From positions 1-61,000 of the forward strand of contig JAAYCW010000009.1 of the NCBI GenBank assembly GCA_012729575.1: 61,000 bases of DNA. The letters run 5' to 3'. The first letter of the stretch is position 1. The number at the start of each line of letters is the position of its first letter. The stretch is from Actinomycetota bacterium. GTDB lineage: Bacteria > Actinomycetota > Thermoleophilia > RBG-16-64-13. This document shows, in pieces, positions 59,506 through 61,000 of the stretch. Under the pieces are notes generated by a model, which saw only the letters and a list, made by a program, of their open reading frames with translations, was not told where the DNA came from and did no database searches. Made by a program: the position numbers and the translations under genes.

Positions 59506-60283
59506 AGAAGGCGGGAGCAAGATCGTAGAGGCTCTTCACGAGCTGAACGTACAGACAATCGTCTCAATCCCTAAGGTCGGACCATTCGACTTCTCCATCA
59601 CCAATGCGGTCATCTATCTGTGGGTGGGAGCGGCCATCGTTTTCGGACTGTTTTACTGGGCGGCCAAGAGGGCTAAGAAGGAGCCGGATGGGCTGCAGAC
59701 TCTGGCGGAGATCCTCATCGGTTTCGCGACTGGCCATCTCTGCGGCCAACTTGGCGAGAAGGGTAGAAAGTACTACTACCTCATCCTCACCATCTTCGCG
59801 TACATCATGGTCACCAACCTCATCGGTCTGATCCCCAAACCGGAGGTTCTCAAGCCCTATACGCCGACGGCCAACATCAATGTGACCTTCAGCATGGCCA
59901 TCGTGGTCTTCATTGTGACGCATTACCTGGGGTTCAAGAATCACCGAGGGGGCTATCTGAAGGAGTTCATGACTCCTCCGGGGGTACCTAAGGCCTTGGC
60001 GGGACCGCTCAACATCATCTTCATACCCGTTGAGCTGATGGGCGCGGTGTTCAAACCTCTCTCGCTCTCGGTCCGACTCTTTGCCAACACCATTGCCGGC
60101 CATCTGATCATCCTGGTGATGCTCGGCCTTCTCCTTGAGTTCGCCGGAGCCATCATCTTGCCGGCGGGTATCTTCGTCGTGATCATGAACGCTTTCGAGG
60201 TGTTCGTCGCTTTCATTCAGGCGTACATCTTCGCGTTGCTATCCACCGTGTACATCGAAACGGCTATCTACGGCAGTCACTAG
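59492..60283 (+). CDS. atpB: F0F1 ATP synthase subunit a
   Basis: 263 aa. Conserved LSLSVRLFANTIAGHL with the essential Arg; 5-6 TM segments. Confidence 0.95.
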   Translation: MLLAEEGGSKIVEALHELNVQTIVSIPKVGPFDFSITNAVIYLWVGAAIVFGLFYWAAKRAKKEPDGLQTLAEILIGFATGHLCGQLGEKGRKYYYLILTIFAYIMVTNLIGLIPKPEVLKPYTPTANINVTFSMAIVVFIVTHYLGFKNHRGGYLKEFMTPPGVPKALAGPLNIIFIPVELMGAVFKPLSLSVRLFANTIAGHLIILVMLGLLLEFAGAIILPAGIFVVIMNAFEVFVAFIQAYIFALLSTVYIETAIYGSH

Positions 60284-60550
<267 letters not shown>

Positions 60551-60614
60551 CGGAGAATCGGTCGATATGGCGCCCAGAGTTTAGGACCGACAGTAGGAGA
60601 GGCCGGGGAAAAGC

Positions 60615-61000
60615 ATGCAGATATTCGAAATAAGTCCAGGGTTGTTCATTTGGTCGTTGATCACATTCCTGGTCCTGGTCGCTTTGCTTTACAAATTCGC
60701 GTTCAATCCTTTGATGCGGTTGCAGAAGGCTCGGCAGGATCAGATCCACGAGTCTATCCACGAGGCGGAGAGACTGCGCGATGAGGCGCAGGGACTGCTG
60801 GCGGACTACAAGCAGCAACTGGCGGAGGCTCGTGAAGAGGCGACGGCCATCGTAGACCGTGCTCGGAAGGCGGGAGAATCGACCAAGACCGAGATCCTGG
60901 AGGAGGCGCGGGTGCAGTCCGAGGCGACATTGGCCAAGGCTCGTCAGCAGATCGAGCGTGACACCAACCAGGCGCTTCAGAAGATCCGGGAAGAAGTGGC
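60615..61000 (+). CDS. atpF: F0F1 ATP synthase subunit b (partial, continues past the window end)
   Basis: ATG at 60615 gives MQIFEISPGLFIWSLITFLVLVALLYKFAFNPLMRLQKARQDQIHESIHEAERLRDEAQ... An N-terminal TM helix is followed by a long charged helix. No stop before 61000, so it is absent from the ORF track. Confidence 0.9.
   Translation, partial: MQIFEISPGLFIWSLITFLVLVALLYKFAFNPLMRLQKARQDQIHESIHEAERLRDEAQGLLADYKQQLAEAREEATAIVDRARKAGESTKTEILEEARVQSEATLAKARQQIERDTNQALQKIREEV

Overview
GC-rich bacterial chromosome segment, roughly 60% GC by eye. The gene order resembles a high-GC Gram-positive (Actinomycetota-like) lineage, but no species can be assigned from the sequence alone. Positions 87-32772 form one uninterrupted plus-strand translation/transcription block. 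It runs tRNA-Tyr/Thr/Met, rpmG, tRNA-Trp, secE-nusG, rplKA, rplJL, rpoBC, rpsLG-fusA-tuf, then the S10, spc and alpha operons, and ends with truA. rplM-rpsI, which would normally follow truA, lie about 3.4 kb further on. The gap holds a decayed radical-SAM gene fragment and an orphan gene for a pyrogallol-hydroxytransferase-like molybdopterin enzyme on the opposite strand. Downstream come an amino-acid-racemase-like gene, glmS, an AcpS-NnrE-NnrD fusion, a CBS protein, a small membrane protein and the CCA-adding enzyme. The main accessory locus is 44303-50617. It encodes three exported paralogues with sulfite-oxidase-like (molybdopterin-binding fold) domains, arranged divergently next to a WtpABC-type tungstate/molybdate ABC transporter. 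One paralogue is SLH-anchored and two are lipoproteins. The window ends with a CoA-binding protein, rpmE, thyX, a DUF1385 protein, prfA, a PrmC-TsaC fusion, rpiB, glyA, dCMP deaminase and the start of the F-type atp operon (atpF runs off the window). The best leads are the surface SUOX-fold/Wtp locus, an alpha-CTD-like helix-hairpin-helix domain fused to the C-terminus of RpoC, two fusions of neighbouring genes, and the insertion at the truA/rplM junction. No CRISPR arrays, transposases or integrases were seen. Several ORF-track starts are upstream over-extensions and were trimmed. Four small or partial genes missing from the track were added: rpmG, rpmJ, partial atpF and a partial minus-strand gene at the 5' edge.
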